Shown here piece by piece: positions 10,647-27,430 of a DNA stretch of 64,000 bases. The position numbers and the translations under genes were made by a program. Under the pieces are notes generated by a model. The model had not been told where the DNA came from. It did not search any database and saw nothing but the letters and a program-made list of their open reading frames with translations. The DNA is from Felixounavirus LF82P2, in sequence record OZ035741.1. One strand, given 5' to 3'. Position 1 is the stretch's first letter. The number at the start of each line of letters is the position of its first letter.

Positions 10647-11045
10647 ATGAAAACAGAATCTAGAGTAATTAATGGCAAGAAAGTAAATATCGTTCTGCTT
10701 GGGGCAAGAGATGGTATTAAGATGTCTATGAAGTTGGGTAAAATTGTTGTTCCAACTTTTGCACAGATGCTGTCAAGTCTGACTGACAAGGGTAAGAAAG
10801 AAGCTCCAATGGTTCCATTTAAAGAACTTGTTGAAGCTTGTTTTGACAGAATTGAAGAAATTAACCTTGAAGAAATGGCTACCCTGTTATTTCAAGGGGC
10901 AACTGTTGATGACTTCCCACTTAATATTGATACATACTTCCAAGCAAACTATGGTGAATTTATTGATTACTTAGCATTTGCGCTGGAGGCAAACTTCGGA
11001 AGTTTTTTCGAAGCAAGCATTTTCAAAAGCCTAACTTCTCAGTAA
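10647..11045 (+). CDS. tail assembly chaperone
   Basis: 132 aa ORF between tube and tape measure; contains slippery heptamer T_TTT_TTC at 11003-11009 near its 3' end. Confidence 0.5.
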   Translation: MKTESRVINGKKVNIVLLGARDGIKMSMKLGKIVVPTFAQMLSSLTDKGKKEAPMVPFKELVEACFDRIEEINLEEMATLLFQGATVDDFPLNIDTYFQANYGEFIDYLAFALEANFGSFFEASIFKSLTSQ

Positions 11046-11047
11046 AC

Positions 11048-11286
11048 ATGGGTAACACTCTACAGACACCACTGACTGATGCTGCTGTAGAGGCAACCTA
11101 TGAAGAAGCAGACGAGATGAAATTTGTGCTTGCTATTTATGGTATGGAAGGGTGTAAAGAAACACTTGACCAACTCTTTGCTATGACATTCTCTGATTTA
11201 TTATCATTGAGACAATTTCTTGAAATTCAGAGGTCGTATAAAGAGGAAATTGCTTACAACGAACTTAGAAGAGCAGGAAAAATGTA

Positions 11287-11287
<1 letters not shown>
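11048..11287 (+). CDS. tail assembly chaperone, -1 frame extension ORF
   Basis: 79 aa ORF in the -1 frame relative to upstream chaperone; this frame is open back across the slippery site. Confidence 0.45.
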
Positions 11288-19303
<8,016 letters not shown>

Positions 19304-19305
19304 TA

Positions 19306-20493
19306 ATGGCAGTAGGTGAAATTCAAATTAGTGCCTTGCCTCAAGCAGCCTTACCAATTGACCTTAGTGATATCTTCCATCTTAAGCAGGGTATTGAGGA
19401 TAAGAGGTGTACTCTTGAGCAATTACTTGCTCCACACGCAAGCCTAAGAAATAACCCTCATGGTGTTACTAAGACACAAATTGGTTTAGATAATGTTATT
19501 AATGCTCTTCAATTAGTTGCTGCAAATAACTTATCAGATATTGTTAATGTAGCTGAGGCAAGAGCAAATCTACAGATTATGTCTTCAGAAGAGGTTAATA
19601 ACCTTGTCCAGCAACATATCAAGGACAAGAGTAACCCACACAATACAACTAAGGCACAGGTTGGTTTAAGTAATGTTCAGAACTGGACAACATCTAACCT
19701 GTATAACGAGGATGCAGATAAGTATGCTACAGCAAGAGCAGTAAATAACTTGTACAAGGCTGTTCAGGCTTCTTATCCAGTAGGTACTATCCATCTTTCT
19801 ATGAACTCTGCAAACCCTTCTACATACTTAATTTGTGGAGGTACTTGGGAGTTAGTTTCAAAAGGTAGGGCATTGGTTGGTTATGACTCTGATACAAGGC
19901 CAGCAGGTTCTGTATTTGGTGCTTCAACTGTCACTTTGTCAGTTAATAACATGCCTCAACACTCACATTCTGTATCTCTTAGTGGTGGTGGTCACACTCA
20001 TAATGCAACTGTTTCAATTTCAGCTTTTGACTATGGGACTAAGACTACCAACTCTTTTGACTATGGAACAAAGACCACTAACACAACTGGTAACCACAAT
20101 CACGTTGGTAGTGGGTCAACAAGTGCTGCTGGTGCTCACAACCACAGATTGACTTATGAAGCAGGTGGTGGTCTGTCGGAAAGACCTGCAATGGTTTGGT
20201 CTACAAGGAATGACCAATCGTGGTACTCAGCAGATGCTGTCTGCGAAGTCGCTGGTTCGCACACCCACTCTTTTAGCGTTACCACTAACACAACTGGTAA
20301 CCACAATCACACAGTGGGTATTGGTGCTCATAGCCATACAGTTGGTATTGGTTCACATACACACAACGGTACTGTGACAGTTTCTTCTTCTGAGCATACA
20401 CATAGCGGAAACACTAACAGTGTTGGTGGTGGACAAGCTTTCAACATTGAGCAGCCATCATTCGTACTGTATGTATGGCAGAGAACAGCTTAA
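19306..20493 (+). CDS. tail fibre protein with HxH-rich tip
   Basis: N-terminal phage fibre repeats (NPHGVTKTQIGLDNV, NPHNTTKAQVGLSNV); C-terminus rich in HxH motifs (GNHNH, SHTHS, GAHSHTVGIGSHTHNG) like metal-binding fibre tips; tandem 30-bp duplication at 20025-20084. Confidence 0.7.
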   Translation: MAVGEIQISALPQAALPIDLSDIFHLKQGIEDKRCTLEQLLAPHASLRNNPHGVTKTQIGLDNVINALQLVAANNLSDIVNVAEARANLQIMSSEEVNNLVQQHIKDKSNPHNTTKAQVGLSNVQNWTTSNLYNEDADKYATARAVNNLYKAVQASYPVGTIHLSMNSANPSTYLICGGTWELVSKGRALVGYDSDTRPAGSVFGASTVTLSVNNMPQHSHSVSLSGGGHTHNATVSISAFDYGTKTTNSFDYGTKTTNTTGNHNHVGSGSTSAAGAHNHRLTYEAGGGLSERPAMVWSTRNDQSWYSADAVCEVAGSHTHSFSVTTNTTGNHNHTVGIGAHSHTVGIGSHTHNGTVTVSSSEHTHSGNTNSVGGGQAFNIEQPSFVLYVWQRTA

Positions 20494-20502
20494 TTTCTTT
20501 AC

Positions 20503-20523
20503 AGGGGCTTTATAGCCCCTTTT
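20503..20523 (+). terminator. terminator-like hairpin after first fibre gene
   Basis: AGGGGCT-TTAT-AGCCCCT followed by TTT. Confidence 0.45.
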
Positions 20524-20539
20524 AAGAGGAAAATTTATA

Positions 20540-22915
20540 ATGGCAGATTACAAATTGAGTGAATTAAACTCAATCGATACAATCCGTTCAGATGACCTTC
20601 TTCATGTCAGAGTTAAAAAGAGACCTGAAATGCTGGGTGATGAAGACCGTCGAATGACCTATCAAGATTTCTTAGCATCTTTTAAGCTTGAGAGATTTGT
20701 TCAGATTGCTGGTAGCACTATGACAGGTGACTTAGGGATTGTTAAGTTACTTTATGGTGGTAAGGTAGTATTTAACCCGACAGGCTCTTCTGAGATTACT
20801 ATTGGGGATGTTTTAAAGACTTTTAAAATTAACGCAAATGGTCTTAAACTAACTATTGCAGATGCTTCAAGGTCGGCAACTGTTTATCATACTCTGAATA
20901 AGCCAAGCCCTAATGAGCTTGGGATGAGAACTAATGAAGAGAATGATGCAAGATACTCAAGATTAGCTGCAAATAACATCTTTACCTTCCAACAGGTTAT
21001 TCAAGCAAATGGCGAAGCTATTAGACTAAAAAACTCTTCTGAGAACTCCCCGTTATATATTAGAGGACAGGATAGCACTGGTGCTAATAGGTGGTATGTA
21101 GGTAATGGTTCAGGGAATGATGATGTTATTATCCACAACTACAAGACAGGTTGTGAAGTTAATCTGTCTAGTGTTGCTGCTATTAGCAAAACACTAAGAA
21201 TCACTGGTCAAGTTCAACCATCTGACTTCTCTAACTTAGATGCTAGATATTTTACTCAGACAGTAGCTAATCAGAGATTTGCACAGTTAAATGCTAGTAA
21301 TGTTCTTTATGGTGCTAATACATTTAAAAAAGATGTTGTATTTAACTCAGATATCCCTGTCATTCTTAAGAGTCTAACAGCTAACAAACCATTATATATT
21401 CTAGGTAGAGATGACCAAAACTCCAACTTGTGGTTTGTTGGTAAAGGTGGTTCGGGAACAGAGATTAAATTCTATAACTATGTGAGTGATACTGTTTTAG
21501 AGTTGTCTGAGACGGCAAGATTTAATAAAACTTTGAGGATTACTGGTCAAGTTCAACCTTCAGATTGGACTAACATTGACTCTAGGTACATCCCAGCAGC
21601 TACTTTGAGTAATCTTGCCAAGCTGAGTGATGCAAACACTTTCAGGTCTGCACAGGTTATCAATCTGAATGGCTCATTGTTACAGCTAAAGAACACTACA
21701 CAAGACAGAGAGCTTTACTTTGCTGGTCATAATGCTGATGGTGTTAGAAGGTGGTACATCGGTAATGGGGAACCATCCAACCCAACAAGATTTACTATCC
21801 GCAACGACAGAACTGCAACTACGCTTTATATGCAAGACGATTTCTTGTTGGATAAAACTGTCAGAATTACTGGTCAAGTTCAACCTTCAGATTTCTCTAA
21901 CTTAGATGCTAGATATTTCTTAAAAACAAAACTGTTAAACCAATCTTTAATGACAAGGACAGCTAATAGACTGGATGACCCATCATCATTCAACAAAGAT
22001 TGTTCAGGGTTTGTAAGAAACAACGCTATTGAGCAGGGTCTGAAAGATTTAGCCATCCATGTAGCACATTCTGCTGGTATTGCTCATGCCAGAGGTATTG
22101 CTTTTACATATGGGTCTAAAGGTCTTGATGTCTTCACATACGCTTATGGGTCAGATGGAGCATATGTTGGAGAGGCACAGTTGTATTCAACGGCATTTAA
22201 ACCAGCCCCTTCAGATATTGGTGCATACACTAAAGCTGAAACTGACCAGAAGATTGCACAGGCAGTAAGTGACTCTACAGACCTTAACAAAATCTATCCA
22301 GTAGGTATTGTAACATGGTTTAACAGTAATGTTGACCCTAATACGGCACTTCCTGGTCTAACTTGGACGTACCTGAACAATGGTGTTGGTAGAACTATCA
22401 GAATTGCAGCAGCAAATGGTTCAGATGTTGCTACAACTGGCGGTTCAGATTCTGTAACGTTAGCTGTTGGTAACTTACCATCACACACCCACAGCTTCTC
22501 TGCTACCACTTCATCTTTTGATTATGGTACGAAGAGCACTAATAGCACTGGTGGTCATACTCACTCTGTAAGTGGTACAACAAGTGCTGCTGGTAACCAC
22601 GCTCACCACTTAGGTCTGCTATTGGTTAATGGTGGTGATGCTCAGTACGGTTATACAACTGTTAGCAATAACAAGACGAGAACTCTTGACTGGCTTGACA
22701 GAACTGATAACAAGTTCCCTAACACTAACACAACTGGTAACCATACACACACATGGTCTGGTACTACAAGTAACACTGGTGCTCACACCCACTCTGTAGG
22801 TATTGGTGCTCACACCCATACAGTTAGTGGTAACACTGGTGGTACAGGTTCTGGTTCAGCATTTAGTGTCACTAACCAGTTCTACAAGTTAATGGCTTGG
22901 GTGAGAACTGCTTAA
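20540..22915 (+). CDS. tail fibre protein (long) with HxH-rich tip
   Basis: 791 aa; three internal repeats each ending [10 protein letters not shown](F/W)(S/T)N(L/I)D(A/S)RY; C-terminal HxH block ([43 protein letters not shown]) homologous to the 19306 fibre. Confidence 0.75.
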   Translation: MADYKLSELNSIDTIRSDDLLHVRVKKRPEMLGDEDRRMTYQDFLASFKLERFVQIAGSTMTGDLGIVKLLYGGKVVFNPTGSSEITIGDVLKTFKINANGLKLTIADASRSATVYHTLNKPSPNELGMRTNEENDARYSRLAANNIFTFQQVIQANGEAIRLKNSSENSPLYIRGQDSTGANRWYVGNGSGNDDVIIHNYKTGCEVNLSSVAAISKTLRITGQVQPSDFSNLDARYFTQTVANQRFAQLNASNVLYGANTFKKDVVFNSDIPVILKSLTANKPLYILGRDDQNSNLWFVGKGGSGTEIKFYNYVSDTVLELSETARFNKTLRITGQVQPSDWTNIDSRYIPAATLSNLAKLSDANTFRSAQVINLNGSLLQLKNTTQDRELYFAGHNADGVRRWYIGNGEPSNPTRFTIRNDRTATTLYMQDDFLLDKTVRITGQVQPSDFSNLDARYFLKTKLLNQSLMTRTANRLDDPSSFNKDCSGFVRNNAIEQGLKDLAIHVAHSAGIAHARGIAFTYGSKGLDVFTYAYGSDGAYVGEAQLYSTAFKPAPSDIGAYTKAETDQKIAQAVSDSTDLNKIYPVGIVTWFNSNVDPNTALPGLTWTYLNNGVGRTIRIAAANGSDVATTGGSDSVTLAVGNLPSHTHSFSATTSSFDYGTKSTNSTGGHTHSVSGTTSAAGNHAHHLGLLLVNGGDAQYGYTTVSNNKTRTLDWLDRTDNKFPNTNTTGNHTHTWSGTTSNTGAHTHSVGIGAHTHTVSGNTGGTGSGSAFSVTNQFYKLMAWVRTA
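20960..21920 (+). repeat. three tandem ~330-bp intragenic repeats in tail fibre gene
   Basis: near-identical DNA segments ACTGGTCAAGTTCAACC(A/T)TC(T/A)GA at about 21203, 21541 and 21869 encode the repeated [10 protein letters not shown] motif. Confidence 0.6.
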
Positions 22916-22922
22916 TCCCTTG

Positions 22923-22951
22923 TTGACTGATTGTTAAGATGGTGTTAATAT
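22923..22951 (+). promoter_or_regulatory. sigma70-like promoter (TTGACT-17-TAATAT) with overlapping 9-bp inverted repeat
   Basis: TTGACT at 22923-22928, TAATAT at 22946-22951; inverted repeat AAGATGGTG (22936-22944) / CACCATCTT (22968-22976). Confidence 0.4.
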
Positions 22952-22994
22952 TCTTTATGGGTATTCTCACCATCTTGGCTGATGAGGTGATTAA

Positions 22995-23189
22995 ATGCCT
23001 ACAATCCTAGCAATTCTTCTAAAAAATCTAGGTAGCTTCTTCTGGAAACTCATTTTATCCCTTCTAAGTGAATACATGATTGAGAAAGTGTTCTTTAAGC
23101 TTGCAAGATACCTTGCGAGTAAAACAGACACACCTATTGATGATGAGTTCGTAGATAACTTAGAAAAAGCTTTTAAGGGGGAGAAATAA
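22995..23189 (+). CDS. small hydrophobic protein (possible holin-like)
   Basis: 64 aa, hydrophobic N-terminal half (ILAILLKNLGSFFWKLILSLL); ATG with upstream promoter. Confidence 0.35.
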   Translation: MPTILAILLKNLGSFFWKLILSLLSEYMIEKVFFKLARYLASKTDTPIDDEFVDNLEKAFKGEK

Positions 23190-23561
23190 ATGAAGTGGCT
23201 AGAGGAAGCTTTTAAAAATAATATTGGTGCAATTGTAGTTGGTATTTTTAGTGTTATTGGGATGTATACCACTATGCAAGTTTCAAGTGGTAAGCAAGAA
23301 GTGTCTGTCACAACAAAGTTACAGCAGCTAGATAATTATTCCAAAAGTAACTATTCAGCTATTCGTGATTTACAGTCTGACATGAGACTGATTCAGCTAG
23401 GGATGGAGAACCAGAAAGTTCAGTTAGAGAATGTTAAGGGTGAAAACGCAAAACTTACCAAAACTCTTGATAAATTCTCTGACAGTGTGAATAATCTGGC
23501 TCAATCAGTATCAGCCCTCCAAGCTATTACTGAAAAGAACACAAAGAATACTGAAAAATAA
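23190..23561 (+). CDS. single-pass membrane protein with coiled-coil ectodomain
   Basis: 123 aa, one TM segment (IGAIVVGIFSVIGMYTT) then heptad-like coiled coil; RBS GGGGGAG. Confidence 0.45.
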   Translation: MKWLEEAFKNNIGAIVVGIFSVIGMYTTMQVSSGKQEVSVTTKLQQLDNYSKSNYSAIRDLQSDMRLIQLGMENQKVQLENVKGENAKLTKTLDKFSDSVNNLAQSVSALQAITEKNTKNTEK

Positions 23562-23566
23562 AGTTT

Positions 23567-23596
23567 AAGGCTCCTTTTTACGGGAGCCTTTTTTGT
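23567..23596. terminator. intrinsic terminator between convergent modules
   Basis: stem AAGGCTCC / GGAGCCTT with 8-nt loop, then TTTTGTTTT; lies between the + strand structural operon and the - strand thyA operon. Confidence 0.6.
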
Positions 23597-23597
23597 T

Positions 23598-24497
23598 TTA
23601 CTTACCTACTGACAGAGGTGCTTCAATCTTCCCTGCATGTTGGTAGTTGTTAATGCCACCAATAAAATCACTTGCAGTAAGATGTTTTAAGTCACTTAAA
23701 GTGTTAAGTGGTACACCAATCTCAAAAGTAGGTGCATGGAACTCTTCGTTGTTCATCAGTTCATAAACCTGCTTCATATGATTCTGATAAATCTGAGTAT
23801 CCCCAAAGACACCTATCAAGTATCGTGGAGTGTACCCAGTCATCTTACAAAGAACTTCCAGAATAAAACCATAAGACGCAATATTAAACGGAAGTCCTAA
23901 AAAGGTGTCTACAGAACGTTGATACCATTGTAAGTCAACTTCACCTTCGTTAGTGATATAAATCTGAAACAGAACATGACAAGGTGCTAAAGCCATCGAG
24001 TTGGCTGCAATATCTGCTGCATTCCAAGCATTAACAAGCATGTAACGGTCTGTGATATCACCTTTCATCTTCGTTACTAAGGTCTCTAACTGGTCTACAA
24101 CACAACCATTATGACCTTCAAAGTTTCTCCACTGAACCCCGTAGATTCTCCCACCTGCATCCTCTAACCAGTCTTGCTCAGAAGAATAGTTAGAGCTTAA
24201 CCAGCGTTTAAAGTCATCTGACCAGATAGTCCAGCGTTCTCCATCATTTTCACCCCAAGTACGGTAACGGAGTTCGCCAAGTTTATTCTCACCATTCAGG
24301 AACCATAAAGCTTCCCCAATAACTTGCCGTGTAAACACCTGTTTAGATGTTAAGAGTGGAAAACCAGTACGCATATCAAAGCGAAACTGTGGTGGAGCAA
24401 ATGCAGAGATAACATCTCCAGTTCTTGTAGTACGCAGTTCACCAACGGATAAAACATGGTTCAGTATATTTTTGTAACTTGAATCTGCTTGTGACAT
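23598..24497 (-). CDS. thyA: thymidylate synthase
   Basis: clear ThyA motifs: RTGTG-like RTTRTGD, GFPLLTSK, WFLNGE, SAWN-like VNAWN, ALAPCH active-site Cys, LYQRS-like QWYQRSVDTFLGLPFNIASY, GDTQIYQNHM. Confidence 0.9.
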   Translation of the reverse strand: MSQADSSYKNILNHVLSVGELRTTRTGDVISAFAPPQFRFDMRTGFPLLTSKQVFTRQVIGEALWFLNGENKLGELRYRTWGENDGERWTIWSDDFKRWLSSNYSSEQDWLEDAGGRIYGVQWRNFEGHNGCVVDQLETLVTKMKGDITDRYMLVNAWNAADIAANSMALAPCHVLFQIYITNEGEVDLQWYQRSVDTFLGLPFNIASYGFILEVLCKMTGYTPRYLIGVFGDTQIYQNHMKQVYELMNNEEFHAPTFEIGVPLNTLSDLKHLTASDFIGGINNYQHAGKIEAPLSVGK

Positions 24498-24498
24498 A

Positions 24499-25044
24499 TC
24501 AAAAGTGTCCTTTTACTTGTGGAACATAGATTTCAAAGGTTGCTTTACCATCTACTGATGGTTTTGACTGAATCTTAGCGAAAATTTGACGGTCATGCAA
24601 CTTATCAAAGAAATTCTCAAAAGGTAGATGCACAGTTGCCTCTTCAGTAACTTCATGGAAAACTGTATGGAACACTACATCAGCATACGGTAAAGCACTG
24701 ACAAGAATACCTACACCACCAATTACGAAGACGTCTTCTTCAATATTACTATCAAGATACTTTAAAAATGCTCCAAAAGAATCTTGATGAGCCTTAGCAA
24801 ACATAACATCATCTTTGGTGAAGTCCATACCATAATAAGGCACAGAATTTGTTAAGATGAGGTTTGTACGTTCTGGTAAAGGTTTATTGCCCAGAGTCTT
24901 AAAAGTCTCGTTACCCATAACTACTAAGTTGTCTTTAGTAAGTCTCTTAAACTCTTGCATATCCTGTTTATGTCTAGGCCACGGCATACCAGTCGGTGTA
25001 CCAAATTCACCGTTTTCACCACTTGCAAATATTAGCTTAATCAT
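24499..25044 (-). CDS. folA: dihydrofolate reductase
   Basis: DHFR motifs MPW, VVMGNETFKTLGNKPLPERTNLIL, VIGG; directly downstream of thyA. Confidence 0.85.
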   Translation of the reverse strand: MIKLIFASGENGEFGTPTGMPWPRHKQDMQEFKRLTKDNLVVMGNETFKTLGNKPLPERTNLILTNSVPYYGMDFTKDDVMFAKAHQDSFGAFLKYLDSNIEEDVFVIGGVGILVSALPYADVVFHTVFHEVTEEATVHLPFENFFDKLHDRQIFAKIQSKPSVDGKATFEIYVPQVKGHF

Positions 25045-25301
25045 TTTGTAAACCCTTTCTTAATGAACCAGTTGATGACACTCTTCACAGCTTTATTGCT
25101 ATGGTAGATTAAGTGTGGTGTAGGTTGGTATGAACCATAAGCCCAGAAAGCAATGATTTCATTACACCCTGTACACCTTGTACTCTCTTCAGCGATATGA
25201 CCATTGACTATTTCACTTACCTCACCTTGCAAGTCTGTACATCCACAATGTGGACATCGGATAGGTGTTCCATCAGACTCATAGCAGTGTTCAATTTTCA
25301 T
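25041..25301 (-). CDS. zinc-ribbon protein
   Basis: 86 aa with CPHCGC ... CTGC four-Cys pattern. Confidence 0.45.
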   Translation of the reverse strand: MKIEHCYESDGTPIRCPHCGCTDLQGEVSEIVNGHIAEESTRCTGCNEIIAFWAYGSYQPTPHLIYHSNKAVKSVINWFIKKGFTK

Positions 25302-25817
25302 CTATTTAACCTCAAAAACTGGCTCAAGAACCAATATAAAGTCTACACAGTCATCTTCTTCATCCAGAATACCATCAAAGTTCTTAGGAACGAAGTCGAA
25401 GAGGCTCATAACAAAACAGTCAGAAGTGACCCTGATAGTTCCTCCAATGTTCTCTACAGTTAACACTGTACGACTTTCTTTTACCTCCCTCAGAAGATTA
25501 CCCACAAAGTCATCTAAGAAGTACTTCATCAGTGACTTAAACCCTTTAGGATAATCTGTACCAGAGTATGTTTCAATCTGAGGCACAAGCTTAACATTTA
25601 TACTAGTCTTTGTTAAGAACGTGTTAGAGAACATACTATCAGGTAACTTACAAACAGTCTTCCCAGTACCTTCATGTTCAATCTCAACAAAACCAGCTTC
25701 GTCGCCACATGTAACTATTTTAAAAGATGCTTCATTCTCATACTGTGAAGCCATAAACTTTTTAAGCATCTCTTTAAGGAAATCTGCATGAGCATCTTGT
25801 AAGTAGATATCAATCAT
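25302..25817 (-). CDS. hypothetical protein
   Basis: 171 aa ORF, no recognisable motif. Confidence 0.4.
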   Translation of the reverse strand: MIDIYLQDAHADFLKEMLKKFMASQYENEASFKIVTCGDEAGFVEIEHEGTGKTVCKLPDSMFSNTFLTKTSINVKLVPQIETYSGTDYPKGFKSLMKYFLDDFVGNLLREVKESRTVLTVENIGGTIRVTSDCFVMSLFDFVPKNFDGILDEEDDCVDFILVLEPVFEVK

Positions 25818-25830
25818 AGTTAATCACCTA

Positions 25831-26190
25831 TTATGGGAACAAACACTTAATGTCATCGTTTTTGAAAACGAAACTTGTGTAGTTATGACCATCAACATCC
25901 AACCAAACAGCCTGAACATCTACACCATCAAGATTCTGGTAAAGCTCTTTGATGAAGTGGTCTTTCACAAGCTGACTGCTAGTTGTTTCCAGCTTAATGT
26001 TCGAGATTGCTGAACCTACAGCCATATAGCCCATGACACGTTTCTTCTCAGTATGCTTAATCTTACCATCTTTGTAAGCCATAATGAGATTGGAGAGAAT
26101 CTTCACACCATAATACTTTTCAAGGTGAGTGGGTACGCCATAAAAGCCTAATGCGAAGTTTTCAGAGTGGATAATGTTTTCACGTTTCAT
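25831..26190 (-). CDS. hypothetical protein
   Basis: 119 aa ORF, no recognisable motif. Confidence 0.4.
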   Translation of the reverse strand: MKRENIIHSENFALGFYGVPTHLEKYYGVKILSNLIMAYKDGKIKHTEKKRVMGYMAVGSAISNIKLETTSSQLVKDHFIKELYQNLDGVDVQAVWLDVDGHNYTSFVFKNDDIKCLFP

Positions 26191-26191
26191 A

Positions 26192-26491
26192 TTAATCTGC
26201 CAACCTTAAATTAAAATTAACACCAAATTTTTCACATACTTCCAACATATACTCAAGGGAGACGTTACCAGTGAGATGGATTATGTTGGATACACGAGCC
26301 TGAGAGATACCACAAATTTTAGCAACTTGCTCTTGAGAAAGACCTCTGGATTTAATCTCTCTCTTAAAACGATGTGCAACGAAATCTCTCATTTCATCTA
26401 CATCCATTGGACAAATATAACTCTCCATTTCAGCCTCTCTATCAGCCTCCCAATCATCTTGTGGAGCATAAGGGTCAAAAATCTCATTCAT
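26192..26491 (-). CDS. HTH (XRE/Cro-like) DNA-binding protein
   Basis: helix-turn-helix LSQEQVAKICGISQARVSNIIH; track start at 26521 is TTG, first ATG at 26491 (MNEIF...) overlaps the stop of the upstream ORF by 8 nt. Confidence 0.6.
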   Translation of the reverse strand: MNEIFDPYAPQDDWEADREAEMESYICPMDVDEMRDFVAHRFKREIKSRGLSQEQVAKICGISQARVSNIIHLTGNVSLEYMLEVCEKFGVNFNLRLAD

Positions 26492-26696
26492 CTTTCTTCT
26501 TCCGTTTGCGTGAAGTGTCAATCAATGAATCTATGTTTGTAGCCCTAACCTTTTCACGTTCATCGTTAAGATAATCGTCAAGAGCCTTTTCAATCTGTGA
26601 ATCATCTTGACAGATGACTGTAAAGACTGTAAATCCGTCTGTATCGTCAATTATCTTACCATAACCGCTTCTGGGATGTAACTTTTTAAGAGCCAT
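26484..26696 (-). CDS. small protein with basic C-terminal tail, coupled to HTH gene
   Basis: 70 aa, C-terminus SRKRKKKDE; stop overlaps the HTH gene start. Confidence 0.4.
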   Translation of the reverse strand: MALKKLHPRSGYGKIIDDTDGFTVFTVICQDDSQIEKALDDYLNDEREKVRATNIDSLIDTSRKRKKKDE

Positions 26697-26697
26697 A

Positions 26698-27081
26698 TCA
26701 AATACCTGTGCAGCTTCTGTTTTCTAAGAAATACTCAACACCATACATAGCTTTTTGCATCAAATCTTCTTTAAACTGGATACGGTGGTTGAGCATAGTT
26801 TGTACATCAATATCGTCATGGTGTTTATCTTTAATATTTGCAGATTGCAGGAAATACTCTGCAAGAACACGATATTGATAGTCAGTTACCTTATCAGTCA
26901 TCTCTGTCAAAGACTCTTCAGAGATTGGTTTAAGTAGCTCACCTTTAGATAGAGCAACACCTTTAACAATCTGGCAAGTGTCTTCTGGGACACCTGATAA
27001 GTCCACATTGGGAAGTTCTGTTGCATTGACTGGTAAATTCATTGCCATAACCATTGCAGCAGCTAATAAAATCTTTTTCAT
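26698..27081 (-). CDS. secreted/periplasmic protein with Sec signal peptide
   Basis: N-terminus MKKILLAAAMVMAMNLPVNA then TE; RBS GAGG 6 nt upstream of ATG at 27081. Confidence 0.5.
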   Translation of the reverse strand: MKKILLAAAMVMAMNLPVNATELPNVDLSGVPEDTCQIVKGVALSKGELLKPISEESLTEMTDKVTDYQYRVLAEYFLQSANIKDKHHDDIDVQTMLNHRIQFKEDLMQKAMYGVEYFLENRSCTGI

Positions 27082-27125
27082 AATGACCTCAAAGTTATAT
27101 TAAATTTTGTATTACGTTGAGTATA

Positions 27126-27171
27126 AAAATAAGCTATAACACCTGACTTGTCAACAGATTTTATAGCTTAT
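27126..27171 (-). promoter_or_regulatory. putative promoter (-35 TTGACA on minus strand) flanked by 10-bp inverted repeat
   Basis: minus-strand TTGACA at 27149-27154, weak -10 TATTTT at 27126-27131; ATAAGCTATA (27129-27138) and TATAGCTTAT (27162-27171) form a perfect inverted repeat. Confidence 0.3.
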
Positions 27172-27189
27172 TTGGCAGATTTTTTATAA

Positions 27190-27430
27190 GGCTACTGCCA
27201 TCCTTCCATACCTTACCTTACCACACCTAACCATACCTAACCAAACTACACCATACAATACCTTGTTAAAAGACCCTTTTAAAGACATTTTAAAAAGGTA
27301 AGTCTCATTTTAATGTAGCTGAGACTAACTACCCTTACCTAACCTTACATCACCTTACAAAGCCAAACCTCACAATACCGAACCATACCTAGCATCACTT
27401 AAAAACCCTCTTAAAAGACTCTTAAATGAT
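27190..27430. repeat. G-depleted (C/A-rich) degenerate tandem repeat region, two ~115-bp units
   Basis: + strand 27199-27264 contains no G (CCTTACC / CCTAACC-type heptamers); second unit 27318-27400 has 3 G; each unit ends with TTAAAAG(A)C-type motifs; noncoding. Confidence 0.5.

Noticed and set aside
19877-20377. Two + strand alternative-frame ORFs (91 and 73 aa) inside the first tail fibre gene
   Set aside because: They arise from the repetitive HxH-encoding DNA read out of frame (Leu/Thr/Gln-rich low complexity); no start signals.
19306-22915. Diversity-generating retroelement targeting the tail fibre tips
   Set aside because: There is repeated sequence at the fibre 3' ends, but no reverse transcriptase gene and no template-repeat copy outside the coding regions in this window.
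23598-24497. Alternative call of the ThyA-like protein as a dCMP hydroxymethylase (hypermodified DNA)
   Set aside because: The sequence tracks ThyA motif for motif (ALAPCH, GFPLLT, LGLPFNIASY) and is paired with DHFR; no glucosyltransferase or dCTPase genes are evident. A profile search would settle it.
27190-27430. Possibility that the repeat region is a CRISPR array or encodes tRNAs
   Set aside because: Repeats are degenerate and irregularly spaced with no conserved repeat/spacer alternation and no cas genes; the near absence of G on one strand is incompatible with tRNA secondary structure.
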